64,000 bases of DNA from Hydrolagus affinis (lineage: Eukaryota), in NCBI GenBank assembly GCA_012026655.1, contig JAAILG010000336.1, positions 1 through 64,000 of the forward strand, written 5' to 3'. Shown here one piece after another: positions 15,101 to 27,144 of the stretch. The position numbers and the translations under genes were made by a program. The stretch's first letter is position 1. Each line of letters begins with the position of its first letter. The notes under the pieces were generated by a model. That model did no database searches, was not told the origin of the DNA, and saw only the letters and a list, made by a program, of their open reading frames with translations.

Positions 15101-18100
15101 GTCATGGATTGTTTGTGATAAAGATGCAAAGATTATTTATTTAATTTATCACATTGTCTCCACTGAACAATTCATCAGGATTTATTGAAAGATATTTAAT
15201 GATTAAATTAATTAGGTATCTGTTATCTGAAATATGTTACTGTTATATTTGAATAAACACCTGGTCCAGTTATTTCCTGAACAGCTATTTTTCCAGTATT
15301 GGTGTTAACTTTATTCAATCATTTTTTTTCTATGAACATTTGATTCCTTATTTTATTGCCCTCACAGATGATTTGTTCAAAGTGCACAAACTGAAGCCAA
15401 ATCTGAAGTGGCGCCAAACATTTGAGAATTACTTGAAGACTATGCCTCCTTATTATCTATTGGTATGTATAAATGAGAACCAGAGCAGCAAAAATGTTGC
15501 AGCTTATGCAATATTTTTAAAAAAATATGAAAAATATGTCTTAGAAATTGTTGATTGTGATTTACGCTTGCATACACTTGAGCTTTGGAATTAGTGGAAC
15601 GATCGCAAGACATTAGAAATAGCTCTGTTTACTATGAATTTGAAAATTGGCGACCTGACATTAAGATTATTCTGGCCAATATTAATGTTGCTCAGTGAAT
15701 TGCAATGTTTGTTTGAAACGCCAAATAAGTGTGATACCCCAGTCAACTGAAAATACCATTTGACTCAGCAAGGGGACTGAGTAAATTAATTTGTGCTGAG
15801 TTCAGGTGCACTGTGATTTCCAATAGTATGATAAAGCTCTCTAGAATTAGTACTCACAATAACCAAGATCACTCCAATCATCCAACATCTGACAAAATTT
15901 ACAACAGGTTCAACTGATGTATGAGGAGGAATGAGCATCAATACTGATTATTTCCTGAAACTGTTGCAAATTGCAACATGCACAACAAAGCATATTTGCA
16001 TTGGATTTTTCTGAATGACAAGTTGCAAATGGATTCCAAATGACAAGTTGCAAATGGAAGATTTTTTTTTCTCTGTGATACGGTAATGGACAAAAATGAA
16101 GCCACCTTATGTGGTCATTTTGAGGATAGCAGGAACCACAGGATAAAATGTGATTGAATTCCTTTAGTTCAGAAATTCGAGGAAGGAGGGGGAAATTTAG
16201 GGGGAGAGGAGAGAACACAAGCAGCAGAAGTGAATAAAGTAGTGTTATTTCAAAAAGCAGAAAAATATTACAAATGAACTTTTTAGTTGTAAATTTTAAC
16301 AAGTACTCTCTATCCAAACTTGTATTTTTCACTAAATGTCACAATTGTTCCAGTCACTATAGAACAATATATGCAATAATAAGAATGATTACGTGATAAT
16401 TTGTTTTCAGCAGTGTTAATGATTTAAAATTGGTGTTTGTTTAAAAGTTCTGCGGAACTTTGGAAAGACTTATCACTTGAAGGAACTTTTTCATGGAAGT
16501 ATTATGGTTTGGGCTGGGTGAATGGGAGAGCACTTCAGCTACAGGAGAACTAGATCTTGGGTACCAATAACTAAGAGACAACATCCCAGAGTAGAGAGAG
16601 GGAGGGCTGCTGGTTTGTGACACTGCTTCTTGACAGATTGATTAGACCATCATTTTGCTCGGCCAACTTAACTTGCCCAATTGCAAACTATTGTGTAAGG
16701 TGACGATGTCTGTGCATCCGAGTGTCGCCAAGATTACACTCTGGTGTGGACATTAATGGCCTGATGAAATGGGTACACACCTTTACCCAGCAGACTCTGG
16801 GATAGTGGTGGGGTGTCAAAGGGCCAGCCTTGTGTGCCTGATTTTTTTCCCCTTGGTCTGTTGCAGACCCTGCAGCTTGTACGGTGTACCTCAGAGAGAA
16901 AGCCCTGTGGAAGATCTAGCGACAGGTGAAGGATCTTCCTGTTGCTTGGCAGCACAGTGTAGACTCTGGTCCCTTGGTGGCACGTCTTCGATGGCTGCTG
17001 TTGGTTGGCCCCTCATAAGAAAGGATTTTAAGTCCTCCTGTACCTTGTCGCTGTCCTCCAAGATGGTAATTGCCTTGGGGTTGGTATGAGCAGACCTGGA
17101 TGAAATTGATCAAAGTATACATAGATCGAATTATACAGACAAGACTTTTTTTCATGTGCTTCACAAAATTCTAATACCAAGCAGATTAAAAAAAACGGTT
17201 CAAACTCTGCACTTTACACTGCTTTTTGATGGGATGATTTATATTAAAAAAAACCTTATCCAGACAATTTTCATGTTTTAATTATGCAACCAGGCCTATC
17301 AAATGGCTCTTTGTGCTTTGTGGCTGTTTTGTTGTGTTGTGTATGTTGTAATTGACTTATATTTAGTATCCTTTTCAGGTCATACATTTATGGCAATCCT
17401 GTAGTTTCTGGAATCTTTTAGATACATTCACGTGTTTGTCCACAAAACACAAAATCCACTTTACAGTATATCCAATGAAGTGCTTTGAGATGCCTCGACA
17501 ACAATAAAGGCGCTATATCAAATGCAAGGATTATTATTATTCATAGACCAAGAATTATATGCCTTTCTGCAGTTAGATTTCTTTGCCAAAAAGTGCATAT
17601 TTGAAATTTACTCATTACTCAATTAGCTTCTGAGAAACCATAGTTATCATACTTGGACTTGCTGTCCATTTCCTACTCTTTGTTATCACCATCATAATAG
17701 AGTATATCCTTCAAAGGATTAAATACTTTATTGCTCACTGATGTTGATTAAAATTATTCTGTATACATGTGGTAGCTGCATATTGATGTATGTAGGATTT
17801 CAGAACTGGGTGGTAAGTGAAAGAACTTACTGCTGCAAAGATTTGTCTAAAATGCCAAAATGTTTGATAGACTGAAAATTGTGCTGTTTGTGTTTCCCTT
17901 ATTCTAAAACAAAACACAATTGTACATAATTTGACAAGTAATGGTAAAAAGTGCTGTATAGTTCACTGAAATTAATTACGAATTGCCCATATTTCTCAAA
18001 GTCTAACTACACTACATATGTTTGCCTTTAGCCATTGAAAAAAGCACTACGAATGATGGGAGCACCCAATCTGATTGGTGACAACAGTATAGATTGTGGG

Positions 18101-21100
18101 CTTAGTTACAGCGTCATTTCTTACCTCAAGAAACTCAGCCAACAGGTAGTACTAAAATAAACTTGCTTCATAATCTTGTGTAACTTTTAATAAATCTTAT
18201 CACTTGTTTAAAATCTTTTGACATTAAATATTCAAATTAGTACTTCATGGTATAACTTTTAATTGTTCGAATGTTATTCCATAGTGCTTTAAAAGTAATC
18301 TTAGTTTAATATGATTCATAAAATTTTGAATGTATAACCCCAAATACCTGTACTATGAAACTGAAACTGTGCTGCACCTCCAAAATTGAACAGCCTACAT
18401 TGAACTATTTACACTTCTATTAAGAACCATCACATATGTGAGGTAGCAGAGCATTTCTAGTGCCTGTAGAATTTTAACCAACATCATTCAGTAAAGAAGG
18501 CAAAAACACACAAATCAGTGGAAATGCATGCTTAGCTCATAAATATTTTATTTTAGATTCGGCTGGCAGTGTTTAATCCATAATCTGATGGCAGATTGTG
18601 ATGGACATATTGAGTTTGTATGTTTTCAGTTTGCAAATTGTTATACTGGAGAAACCTTCAGTAATATATAATTTGACAGGACCAGGACCTTTCACCTCAG
18701 TTTTATCTCTTAACATGTTATTATGAAGTACAGACAAAGCTTAAAAGCTCATTTTGCATTTTGAATTATTCTTATTTGATTTGCATGTTCAAGGAATAGG
18801 ATTATTCTCTGTATCAGATAGTTATTTAAATTGTTGATTCCCATTAAAAAGATTATAAGTTCCTATTCTATCCTACAGTGTGCTCACCATTTTATCCTGG
18901 TCAAGATCACGTTCAGTGTGAGACTGGTGTCGAGACGAGAAAACTTGATGAGTGGTTACTGAAATGGATTAGTATTAGGTCTAGAAACAAGGCCCTTTAT
19001 CCTTTTGTGCTAGATAAAGATGTTTTTTTGTGAATGCCAGCAATATGGAGAATACGGTTACCTGTTAATTCTGGTTTATACAAGTATAAGGGGATCAATC
19101 CCCATTAGTATGGATATCAGGTGTTGCAGTAAGTAAAGTTGGAACATGTGTTTCAGGCCAAATTAGAGTCGGATCGTATAATTACATCTGTTGGAAAAAA
19201 GACTCCGCAGGAGATGGGAATTAAAGTTAAAAATCAGTCTACTGTGTTGTCTCTGGCTCATCGCAAAGACTTTAAACAGTTGTTGCAAGGAATCTCAGGT
19301 GAAGTGCCATTGCGACCTATGGAATTGAACATGAAGGAGCTTGCCGGCTTTCAGATAGCAATTCTAAACAAGGTAATTGTGATTACTTTGCATGGCACAA
19401 GAATGTTTTTACTTGGCCAACTGAGAAATCGAATTGCTGCTATTCTACAGGGGCTTGACCGCAAATGCCCTTTTAACATTCGAAAATACTTTGATTTTTG
19501 AATAGGGATTTCACTTTCTTTTCTCACTGAGAAAATTGTTTAACCTGTTTTGAAAACTTAGGAAGTTAAACCTCAGACGTACAGAAATGCTTATGATATT
19601 CCTCGCCGGAGCCTCTTAGATCAGCTAACTAGAATGAGATCAAACTTGTTGAAAACAACACAGAGACTGATTCGTGGGCAAGATGAAGGTGAGAAGTTTT
19701 TTTTTTAGAGAGTCTGAAACCACTGTTATTTTCATAATAAATTCAAAATTTAAACGGATTGCAGCACATATTAATTGAAACTGGTCTTTAAAGCTACTTG
19801 ATTTTAAAATTTTCTACAATTACTACATTATTTTATCAGAATGTTTTGTGAATGTTATGTGTGTAACATTCTGTAATCTGTAATGACCATAGATTTAGTA
19901 ACAATTTTTAATTGAATCACTATCGCAATAGTTTTGTCTTTTAAGCAATTCACAATTGACTGCAGATACTGTACAATTGCCACATGTTCTCAGTAGCAAT
20001 TGCTAATATTTTTATACTTAAATTGTAATTGTAATTCATGTGAACTTTTGCTTAATTTTAGACTATCTGCACAGCATTCCTGTAGCACAAATGGGTAACT
20101 ATCAAGAATATCTGAAACTCATGCCTTCTCCTCTTCGTGAGATTGATCCTGACCAACCCAAAAGGCTTCACACATTTGGCAATCCATTTAAACAGGATAA
20201 AAAGGTAAGCATATTATAATATTGCTTGATTTTGTTGAAGTGCCCAACAGAGATGAATTAACTTGACACAGGATTTGAGCTTCTTAATTTTTGGCTGCAC
20301 CTCATCTCTGTAACTTTCTTCATCCCTACCGACCGACCTGGCCACTCCCTTTCCTTGTTTCATGTTCCCCGTTCCCCGCCCTATCCACTTCACCATTGAC
20401 TAACTGGCTTTCAATTATTCTGCCCCTACTCTCTGAAACTCCATCCTGGAGTCCATCCAACATGTTCCCTCCTTTCTTTTAAGTGCCACTCCAGATGTAC
20501 GTTTTTGACTGCGCTTTTGGTTATCTTTCCCTTATATGCACTGCCCTTGGCTCCTAGATTCTGCCCAGGTGCCAAGCCAGCGGTGCCAGGCGCTTGTAGA
20601 CATTCTTCCGATATGAAATGTCTTTTTTTTGTTATAATTAGGGGATGATGATTGACGAAGCGGATGAGTTTGTAGCAGGACCACAAAACAAATTCAAAAG
20701 GCCTGGAGACCCGAACTCACCGGGATCATTGAAGAGAAGACGGAGTATGTCCCCATTACTGCGTAGACCACAGACACCACCTACGATTAATCATGTTGCA
20801 GGAAAAGGTTCTCCAACTTCAGGGACCCAACCACAGTCAAACATTGTAAAACCTGTGCCATTGCATAAAGGTACTTTCTGGTTTATATTTTTGCTGTGCC
20901 AAATTTTCTCTGATTTATTGTTATAACAAAGTTTATAAAGATTATAAAGCCAGCAACCCTTTTCCCGCCTCTCACCAACTTAATTCCACATGCAAATCTC
21001 TGAAATCTTGTGAGTTTCATAGCTTTGGTTCCAGCCGTGAAAAAAAAATCTTATCCAAATCTTTATTCGATTGATATCTATAGGAGACTCGTTACCTTTT

Positions 21101-23410
21101 TTGCACACTTGCGCTGATGGATATAATATATTTTTTTCTGCTTCAAGCTTCAGATACAAACAACATTGCAGTCGCAGATGGCAGTGGGGAGAAGAAGGTA
21201 GATGACTGGCAATCGCTGGAAAAATCAGTTGATGATCTGGCACCACAGCCACAATCTACATCAGCATCTGCTTTTACAACAGTTGAATCCCTTCAGCCCA
21301 GTGACTTTCAGTCTATCCCAGAGGTCAATCATGTTGAAGATGTGCTTGACCATAAACTAGTGACAAATGCTATTATGAAAGAATCCATGGAATGTCAGAA
21401 TGAGACTGATGATGAAACTGAAATGGAAGCTGAAGTCAGTTCAGGAATATCCTTACCAAACTCTGACAAAGTAACAAGCAAACCAGTAATAGAGGGAAAC
21501 AATGCTGAACTAAGGGTAAAATTAATGAAGGAGATTCGCAAGCCAGGAAGAAGTGAGTGTATGTTTGTACTATAAAGCTATGTTTATGAATATCTATGCA
21601 AGGATCTGCAAACAATCCCCCAGATTAGTTTACCATCCTGTTAAAACTTTGAGGGAGTGCTGGTTAATTTTAAGACATAATTTTTAAAAAGTGCAAAGCC
21701 CATAAGGACTCGTTTTTACATCTTGAGGTTTTGGATATATGAATTAAGGCATACATAATTACTTTGTCTAAGTGAGTCGATATTAGTTATTTGAAAACTG
21801 GAAAAGTCAATGGGGTTTAGCAGTGTTGTGTGTGACACCGATGTTTTGGTGAGATAGAATTCGCTCCACTGGATATTTTAGCACTTTAAAAAAAAGTGTT
21901 AAAAAGTGGTTTGAGAAAATCGTAGAAGATGCTGATCTCAAATTAATTAGTTTGAAGTTGAAATTACAAGATCACAGGTATATGCAGGTTTAATGAGAGT
22001 GGTTTAAAATAATGAAATATAACAAATTATACTGATTATTACCGTAATAATTAATACCATAATAATGAATTAATACCATGTAGTTCTTATCACGGGGTGC
22101 TAGTGAGGATGAATTTTGGCCATGATGCACAATTATTTGTCTGTAGATACTAAATGTCTGGACACCAAAGTGAAGAGACATTTGAATGAGGTTCTGTTGG
22201 ACCTCATTCAAATCCTGGCTGGCCAACCTGTGAAATTGTACTCCAGGATGATTTGCATTCTTTGGAGAGAGGAAAAGGGAGAATTGGTGCCTTCAGTAGT
22301 TTTTCAACATGTTTTCATAAGAGCATCCTGCATGGTGTCCAAAGTTTGCCTCTCCTCCAAAATGTCTGTACAGGGATAGTGTTAAAATATGCAGGTTGTT
22401 ACCCAGGCTCCTCTTGTAAATAATTGAGTTGCGTGTTGCACATTAACAGAGTCCTAAGAGAAAATTGCTGCCCACCCACCTGCCTGGAGAGTAAAAAATC
22501 TGCATGGTAGAAATGAAAGCAAATTTACAAATGGAAATAATTTTTTAACATTAAAAAACTGTTATAAAGTCTGAATGTTTCAAGTCAAATCATAAAGAGG
22601 CTGTATAATTTTATGATAGGTTTATTAATGCACTGCAGGATTTTTTTAAAGTACCCACTAACTTCCAGTAGGTGGCATTGGCACACTTTCAAAATGCTTG
22701 GCAAGGTAGTACAGTATTTCAAAGTCTGCTGGTTATGGGATGTGGCAGAACTAGATTGTTCTGTTCCAAAAAAACAGGTTGAAGAATTATATTTCTGAGG
22801 CTGAGTCACCCCAGGCCTCCTTGCCATAATTGGCGAATTCTAGAATGAAGCTTTATGCTTTTTGCTCAAGGAGAAAACAACTAAAATAATGAATTACAAC
22901 GTATAAATTGAAGGGTCCAGTTTGTGCTGATATAATTTTGAATTTACCTCAAGAATATTGAAAATGTCAGCAATTTTCACCAAAAGAAATTAATGCAAGG
23001 TATTTTCCTGTAAAAAGATTTCATATTTAATTTACTATTATTGTATTTTCAGATTATAAAAGAATCTTCAGTTTACTGGAAGAAGTGAAAGGTCCTTTAG
23101 AAATCCAGAGGAGTGTCATTCAGAGTATTATCAAAGAAGCTGCTAGGTATATGCAAAAAAAATGTTTACATTGTTTGAAGACACATTATTTAGAGATTTG
23201 GTGGTGTTCGTAATACAAAAACACTAAGTTCCAATCTTCATAAAGGCTTTTTGTTATTTGATTAGAAATGTACTTGTTGTGGTAGTCATAATTGTTATTA
23301 TTCTTTCCAGGTTTAAAAGAAGAGTATTAATCCAACAACTAGAAAGGGCATTGGAAGATATTGTCTCAAGGTCTCCATCAGAACATATCAACCATGTCAA
23401 CAGCAGATAG
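50..23410 (+). CDS. INTS6L: Integrator complex subunit 6-like (DDX26B), 18 coding exons, ~903 aa; N-terminal VWA domain
   Basis: GT-AG exons 50-160, 464-541, 6786-6935, 8377-8466, 9173-9356, 9998-10126, 11583-11743, 11979-12131, 13048-13180, 15368-15462, 18032-18145, 19157-19372, 19562-19688, 20062-20204, 20642-20870, 21148-21552, 23053-23146, 23311-23410 join in one frame (2712 nt). Residues LQASGLTTLGQAL, EQLGSVP and GRSYCVRTQRML match INTS6L rather than INTS6; lying next to SLC9A6 agrees. Confidence 0.93.
464..541 (+). CDS. INTS6L: INTS6L exon 2
   Basis: CAG|LRARDPASRGDRYMLVTFDEPPYGIK|GTAATG. Confidence 0.95.
1690..1957 (-). mobile_element. DeuSINE (SacSINE1/AmnSINE1-related), old copy
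   Basis: Reverse Deu-domain-like CCATGGGATCTTT...CACAGGCCCTCGGTTTAATG...GAAGGAC, with reverse tRNA head CACTGAGCCA...GACAC. Confidence 0.75.
2770..3010 (-). mobile_element. CR1 LINE RT fragment, decayed
   Basis: Minus strand reads QLYMTPARPHSG, resembling the CR1 LYxxLVRPHLEY motif. Confidence 0.5.
3550..3790 (-). mobile_element. tRNA-SINE 3' half interrupted by an L2-type tail fragment
   Basis: ATCCTTGCATTTGATATAG...CAGCAGTGTCCCACA shared with other copies; inner GGACGTCCTCCTGACGTGAAAGG...GTTGTTGTT. Confidence 0.65.
4635..4927 (-). mobile_element. DeuSINE, old copy
   Basis: GGGACCTTGGTTTAATG...GGTTGAACCCCACAACCTTCTGAC...CTGAGCCAAGCTGACAC. Confidence 0.7.
6786..6935 (+). CDS. INTS6L: INTS6L exon 3
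   Basis: AGWKENHATFMNELKNLQASG...GIDNYGQ|GTGAGT. Confidence 0.95.
8377..8466 (+). CDS. INTS6L: INTS6L exon 4
   Basis: GRNPFFLEPSIIITMTDG...VQEE|GTAAGA. Confidence 0.95.
8785..9030 (-). mobile_element. DeuSINE, old copy
   Basis: GGACCTTGGTTTAAC...GAAGGATGGCACCTTTGACAATGCAGCACTCC. Confidence 0.65.
9173..9356 (+). CDS. INTS6L: INTS6L exon 5
   Basis: LHLPLNSPLPGSELTKEPFRWDQRLF...MCEVTG|GTAAGT. Confidence 0.95.
9998..10126 (+). CDS. INTS6L: INTS6L exon 6
   Basis: GRSYCVRTQRMLNQCLESLVQKVQSG...PIGE|GTAAGA. Confidence 0.95.
10945..11250 (-). mobile_element. DeuSINE, old copy
   Basis: CCTGAACAGGC...TCATCCAAATGAATGCCACCTCC...GCTTGAACCTGGAGGCAAGAGTGCTACC. Confidence 0.6.
11583..11743 (+). CDS. INTS6L: INTS6L exon 7
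   Basis: DGIVETP...WHSCHKLIYVRPNPKTGVPVGHWPIPESFWPDQNSPTL|GTGAGT. Confidence 0.93.
11979..12131 (+). CDS. INTS6L: INTS6L exon 8
   Basis: PPRTAHPVVRF...PFDKYELEPSPLTQYILERK...CWQ|GTAAGC. Confidence 0.95.
12408..12715. mobile_element. Tigger/pogo-type (Tc1/mariner) MITE
   Basis: TIR CAGGTTGAGCATCC..AATCCGG / CCGGATT..GGACGCTCAACCTA, flanked by TA on both sides; the TIR resembles Tigger4/Zombi; CpG-rich interior. Confidence 0.85.
13048..13180 (+). CDS. INTS6L: INTS6L exon 9
   Basis: VFVSSSGKYSDLGHAFGYIKAS...VNLFVMPYNYPVLLPQL|GTATGT. Confidence 0.95.
14950..15110 (-). mobile_element. tRNA-SINE 3' half
   Basis: AATCCTTGC...GCGGCAGCCAATTGCGCACAGCAGTGTCCCACAAACAGTCATGGATTG. Confidence 0.75.
15368..15462 (+). 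CDS. INTS6L: INTS6L exon 10
   Basis: DDLFKVHKLKPNLKWRQTFENYLKTMPPYYLL|GTATGT. Confidence 0.95.
17430..17541 (+). mobile_element. tRNA-SINE 3' tail fragment
   Basis: CACTTTACAGTATAT...GCGCTATATCAAATGCAAGGATTATTATTATT. Confidence 0.7.
18032..18145 (+). CDS. INTS6L: INTS6L exon 11
   Basis: PLKKALRMMGAPNLI...GLSYSVISYLKKLSQQ|GTAGTA. Confidence 0.95.
19157..19372 (+). CDS. INTS6L: INTS6L exon 12
   Basis: AKLESDRIITSVGKK...FQIAILNK|GTAATT. Confidence 0.93.
19562..19688 (+). CDS. INTS6L: INTS6L exon 13
   Basis: EVKPQTYRNAYDIPRRSLLDQLTRMRSNLL...GQDE|GTGAGA. Confidence 0.95.
20062..20204 (+). CDS. INTS6L: INTS6L exon 14
   Basis: DYLHSIPVAQMGNYQEYLK...RLHTFGNPFKQDKK|GTAAGC. Confidence 0.95.
20280..20620 (+). 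mobile_element. L2 LINE 3' fragment, decayed
   Basis: Reads AAPHLCNFLHPY...; decayed L2 ORF2 end. Confidence 0.5.
20642..20870 (+). CDS. INTS6L: INTS6L exon 15
   Basis: GMMIDEADEFVAGPQNK...KRRRS...PLHK|GTACTT. Confidence 0.93.
21148..21552 (+). CDS. INTS6L: INTS6L exon 16 (acidic low-complexity region; acceptor 21148 or 21154)
   Basis: Open frame ending NNAELRVKLMKEIRKPGR|GTGAGT. Confidence 0.88.
23053..23146 (+). CDS. INTS6L: INTS6L exon 17
   Basis: NYKRIFSLLEEVKGPLEIQRSVIQSIIKEAAR|GTATAT (INTS6/SAGE1-type C-terminal domain). Confidence 0.93.
23311..23410 (+). CDS. INTS6L: INTS6L terminal coding exon 18
   Basis: RFKRRVLIQQLE...HINHVNSR, TAG at 23408-23410. Confidence 0.93.
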
Positions 23411-24166
23411 TCTAACATGATTACTGTGGACCAAAAAACTGTTTGCTTCCGTGTGATTCTGTGTACTGCGCATGAACAGCTAGTGGCTACCAGCTTTATA
23501 CCATCTTGTGACTCCTTTGGCATTAGCTTCTATCCGAAGAGGATTTTATAAGGCGTTACTGTTGCAGGGCTCGATGTAGAGAACCTAGACTCGAGTGGAA
23601 CTGTACACCACCAACAGCCTGACCAACCTTTGCTGTGGGAGCATGTGGTTATCTTAAAGATTAAAGGAAGAGGTCTGCTGATGCCTTTCCAACAGATGAT
23701 GCCCACAATTCCTGCTGTTAGCTGAAGTCGTTCAGTTTAATATTGTGGAAGCATATGTCTGAGGGTTAAGATACCCTCAGTCCAAATATATGCCAGTTTT
23801 TTTGGCATGCAAACCAGGCACTTGGAGGAGAAAATGCACAGTTTTAAAAGACGTTGAATTTGAGGAAGAAACGATCTACCTCAGACTCACTTTCTGTTTT
23901 CATCTAAAGACTTCTTGAAAATTTACTTGTGGCCAATTCCTTCCCAGGCCTAGACTCCAGTTCTGTTTCAGCCTGTGAGGAGGACACTGTTTCTTCAGGT
24001 GGACTTGCACTGTGCTTCAGAAGCACTAAAGTGGATGGATATAGCTTCAAAGAGCATATTGAACTTTTTATTGTTCATACAAGAGAAATTATTTTTGGAC
24101 AGTATTGTTACAAAACATGAAATTGTCATATTTTAAAGTGTAAAATAACTTTTGTAACTCTTATCT

Positions 24167-24178
24167 ATTAAAAATAAA
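24167..24178 (+). terminator. Candidate polyadenylation signal of INTS6L
   Basis: ATTAAA 24167-24172 directly followed by AATAAA 24173-24178, ~760 nt after the stop. Confidence 0.5.
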
Positions 24179-25488
24179 TACAGTTTATCATGGAATTTTA
24201 ATTTACATATGGAAATGTGTCCACACAATTTTAAGTTGTCCGTTTCACACAATTTAATACTTTTATTTTTCTATCTTTAGGTAGCCACCTGGTGTTGAGT
24301 TTCAGATATTCTGCAGCATTATATTATGGCTCCGCTTCTAGTATTGCACATTTTATTCAGATTTTAAAACTGGAAGCATTCAAATTTTTGAAACCATGCA
24401 GAAAATTGAATGTGCTACATTTGCAGAACATGTACTTTTTTGGACTTGTGTGCACAGATTAAGCTTTGCTGATTGACTGCAATGTTTTCTGTATGAAAAA
24501 TGTTGTTAGACTGGTGGAGTCCAATTTGTCTGGCTTTTCATTCCTAAGCAGAAAAAAAAATCTATAATTTGTGCTTGTTAAAAGTTTTCAGGGGGAAAAT
24601 ATTTTAATTCACTTGTATTTTTGTAACTTTGAAAATTTGCGCAATCTATAGAACCATTGAGTCTATGTGGGTGTCTTCTGCTTCACTGGAGTTAACAACT
24701 CTTGCCTGTTCTCTGGCCACTCACCTTGTATATTACCACTCTTTAAAGGCTGATGTAACTTGCTTTTAGATGTTATAGTCTCACGTAACTTCCTGTGGCA
24801 TTTTCAAATTGATGTAGTGATGAAAGTTCACAATAGGGACTATTATTTCATAGCTTACTTATGATACAAGACTTTTACAATTTGCTATTTTTCATTGGGA
24901 AAAAGAATGAATTGATTTCTCAAATATACAGCACATGAATTAAAAAAATACAAGCAGATTATTCATTTGTAAAACTGATGAGATTAGACATGATGGAAAT
25001 TGTTTTTCTCCAGAGCAGTAAATATGCAGAAGGATGTTTGGGTATGTAGTTTGAGGTTATATCAATTAACACTTTTTGTAAAAAAAAAATAAGCCTTGGC
25101 ATAAGAACTCTAGGATCCAAGTGCAATGCTTGGCTGGTGTTAAATCAATCGATCTCAGCCTGAGTACATCTAACATTGACCTCAGCCTTCCAACTCACTC
25201 CCACCTCATTAGGCTCAGGATTTCCACTCATGGTGGCTGTCCAGTCGCTTCTTGTGCATATGGACATTCAGGCAAATTTTTAAAAAAATCAGATGCATGT
25301 GTAGAAATACTGCTGGTACAGTACTCGTTGATTGCCTCGCATGAATGGCCACTGGAGTAAATATTGCAGGGTGGCTGCTGACTGTAGGACCATGTTTAAT
25401 GATAATAACTTCTAAGGATACGAATAAATAAATTGTCTGGAAATTTATGCGCTGCTAGGTACACAATGCTGACAATTCCAGGGATTCT

Positions 25489-25794
25489 GGAGTCCTACAA
25501 CTCAGGGGTCAGAACACTTGCCTTGCAAGCGAGAGACCTGGGTTTGATTCCCAGCAGAGCAAAACCCTGGGCAGGTTTCCTTACTCCACATGCCTGATAA
25601 CAAGGAAAAAAAACAATAATAAAAAAATTGGTCACTTCAATCCACGACTGTTTGTGGGACACTGCTGTGTACAATTAGCTGCCGCATTTCGCCCACAAAT
25701 ATACAGTCAATTCACTTTACAGTATATTCTGTAGGGTTTTGAGACATCTAAAAGACATGAAAAGCACTATATCAAATGCAAGGATTCTTATTAT
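25489..25794 (+). mobile_element. tRNA-derived SINE, full length
   Basis: tRNA-like head with B box GGTTTGATTCC, body GTGGGACACTGCTGTG, tail TATCAAATGCAAGGATT. Confidence 0.85.
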
Positions 25795-27144
25795 GCAAGC
25801 CATTTTGCTTAGATTTCAGTTCATTCACTTGTCAAACTAAATAGCCAAATACAGTAAACATCCTATATGGGTCAGAAATAATTTTATAACTGCTAATGTG
25901 AATAGTTCAGAAAATCCCTAAATAAAGCATTACCTAAGTCCTATTCTGCTTCCGTTGATTTCCAAATGTAATTTTATTTTAAATTTGTGTTTGATCTAAA
26001 TTGTCTAATTTGGTAATCCATCTCACTGTCCATCCTGCAACTGGTCCTGCATTGCTAAAAAGATTACCTCTTGACTGTAAAACATAGTGTTTACGGGTTA
26101 CTTTTTTATAACGTTATATGAGCTGCATTGAAAACTGAAAAACCTGATTGAGCCCAGAGACCGGAGTGACCTTAAACAAGTGGTGGCACAAGGTTAGGAA
26201 AAATCCTTGAGATTTGTAGTTGGGGAAGTTAGTGGGTTGGGTGTAGTTTGCATTGAGCCAAATTTCCCTACTGTGGGAATTAGGTTGATAATCCATTTGG
26301 TCTTTCCCATATTTTCTCATGTTTCGTTGAATTTTATTTACTATTTCTACTTCTATAGTAAAGTTTCGACCATTTAATCCACTAGTTGAGCATGAGCTAA
26401 TGACTTCAATTATGGGCTAAAATTAGTATGTTTAACCTTTCATTGTTGTTCAGCTTTCAAAACATGGTTTTGCCCTCATATATCCACAGGTTAAAGTTTA
26501 ATAAATACAATAATTACTTCATTGAATTCTTGGTAAAAAAAATACTGTATTCAACTTTGGTGAAGAACTATTATTGTATACCAGAGTGTCAAAGCACTGG
26601 ATGGTGATAATAATTCTTGCGTTTGATATAGCATTTTTATCAGCTCTTCGAAACGTCTCAAGGATAATGTAATTCACAAAACCCTTAATTTTTAATTTAG
26701 AAATTAATAATTGTAACCTTTGGTCCAATATTGTTTTATTTGCTCCTCATTTATGCTGCCTGTCTATTTTAAATATACACTCGCCTGGTTTGGAGCTCTA
26801 ATGGCTGAGCAGTTATTGCTCACTAGTGGCTGAGCAGTGCTGTTTATTATTCGATTGCTAAATGTTAAGTCGATGGCCGGTTTCTTTCTGGGAGTAATAA
26901 TACTGTAATACCTTTTTAAAAAAAATTGTAATAATTTAGTCACTCAATCTTTAATCGTTTGGAGGACACTGCCGTCCATAATTGGCTGCCGTGTTTCACC
27001 TCCCCCCCCAAAAAAGTCAACACTTCAACACTTTACAGTACAGTATACACTAAGAAAGCGCTTTCAGATAGCTCAGTGATGTGATAAGGCATCATATCAA
27101 ATGCAAGTATTATTGCTCACTAGTGGCTGAGCAGTGTTGAATGC

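Noticed and set aside
16014-16058. Tandem AATGACAAGTTGCAAATGGA duplication (and a 12-bp tandem at ~58909)
   Set aside because: Ordinary local slippage duplications with no supporting features.
50-23410. Calling the gene INTS6
   Set aside because: Diagnostic residues and adjacency to SLC9A6 fit the paralogue INTS6L.
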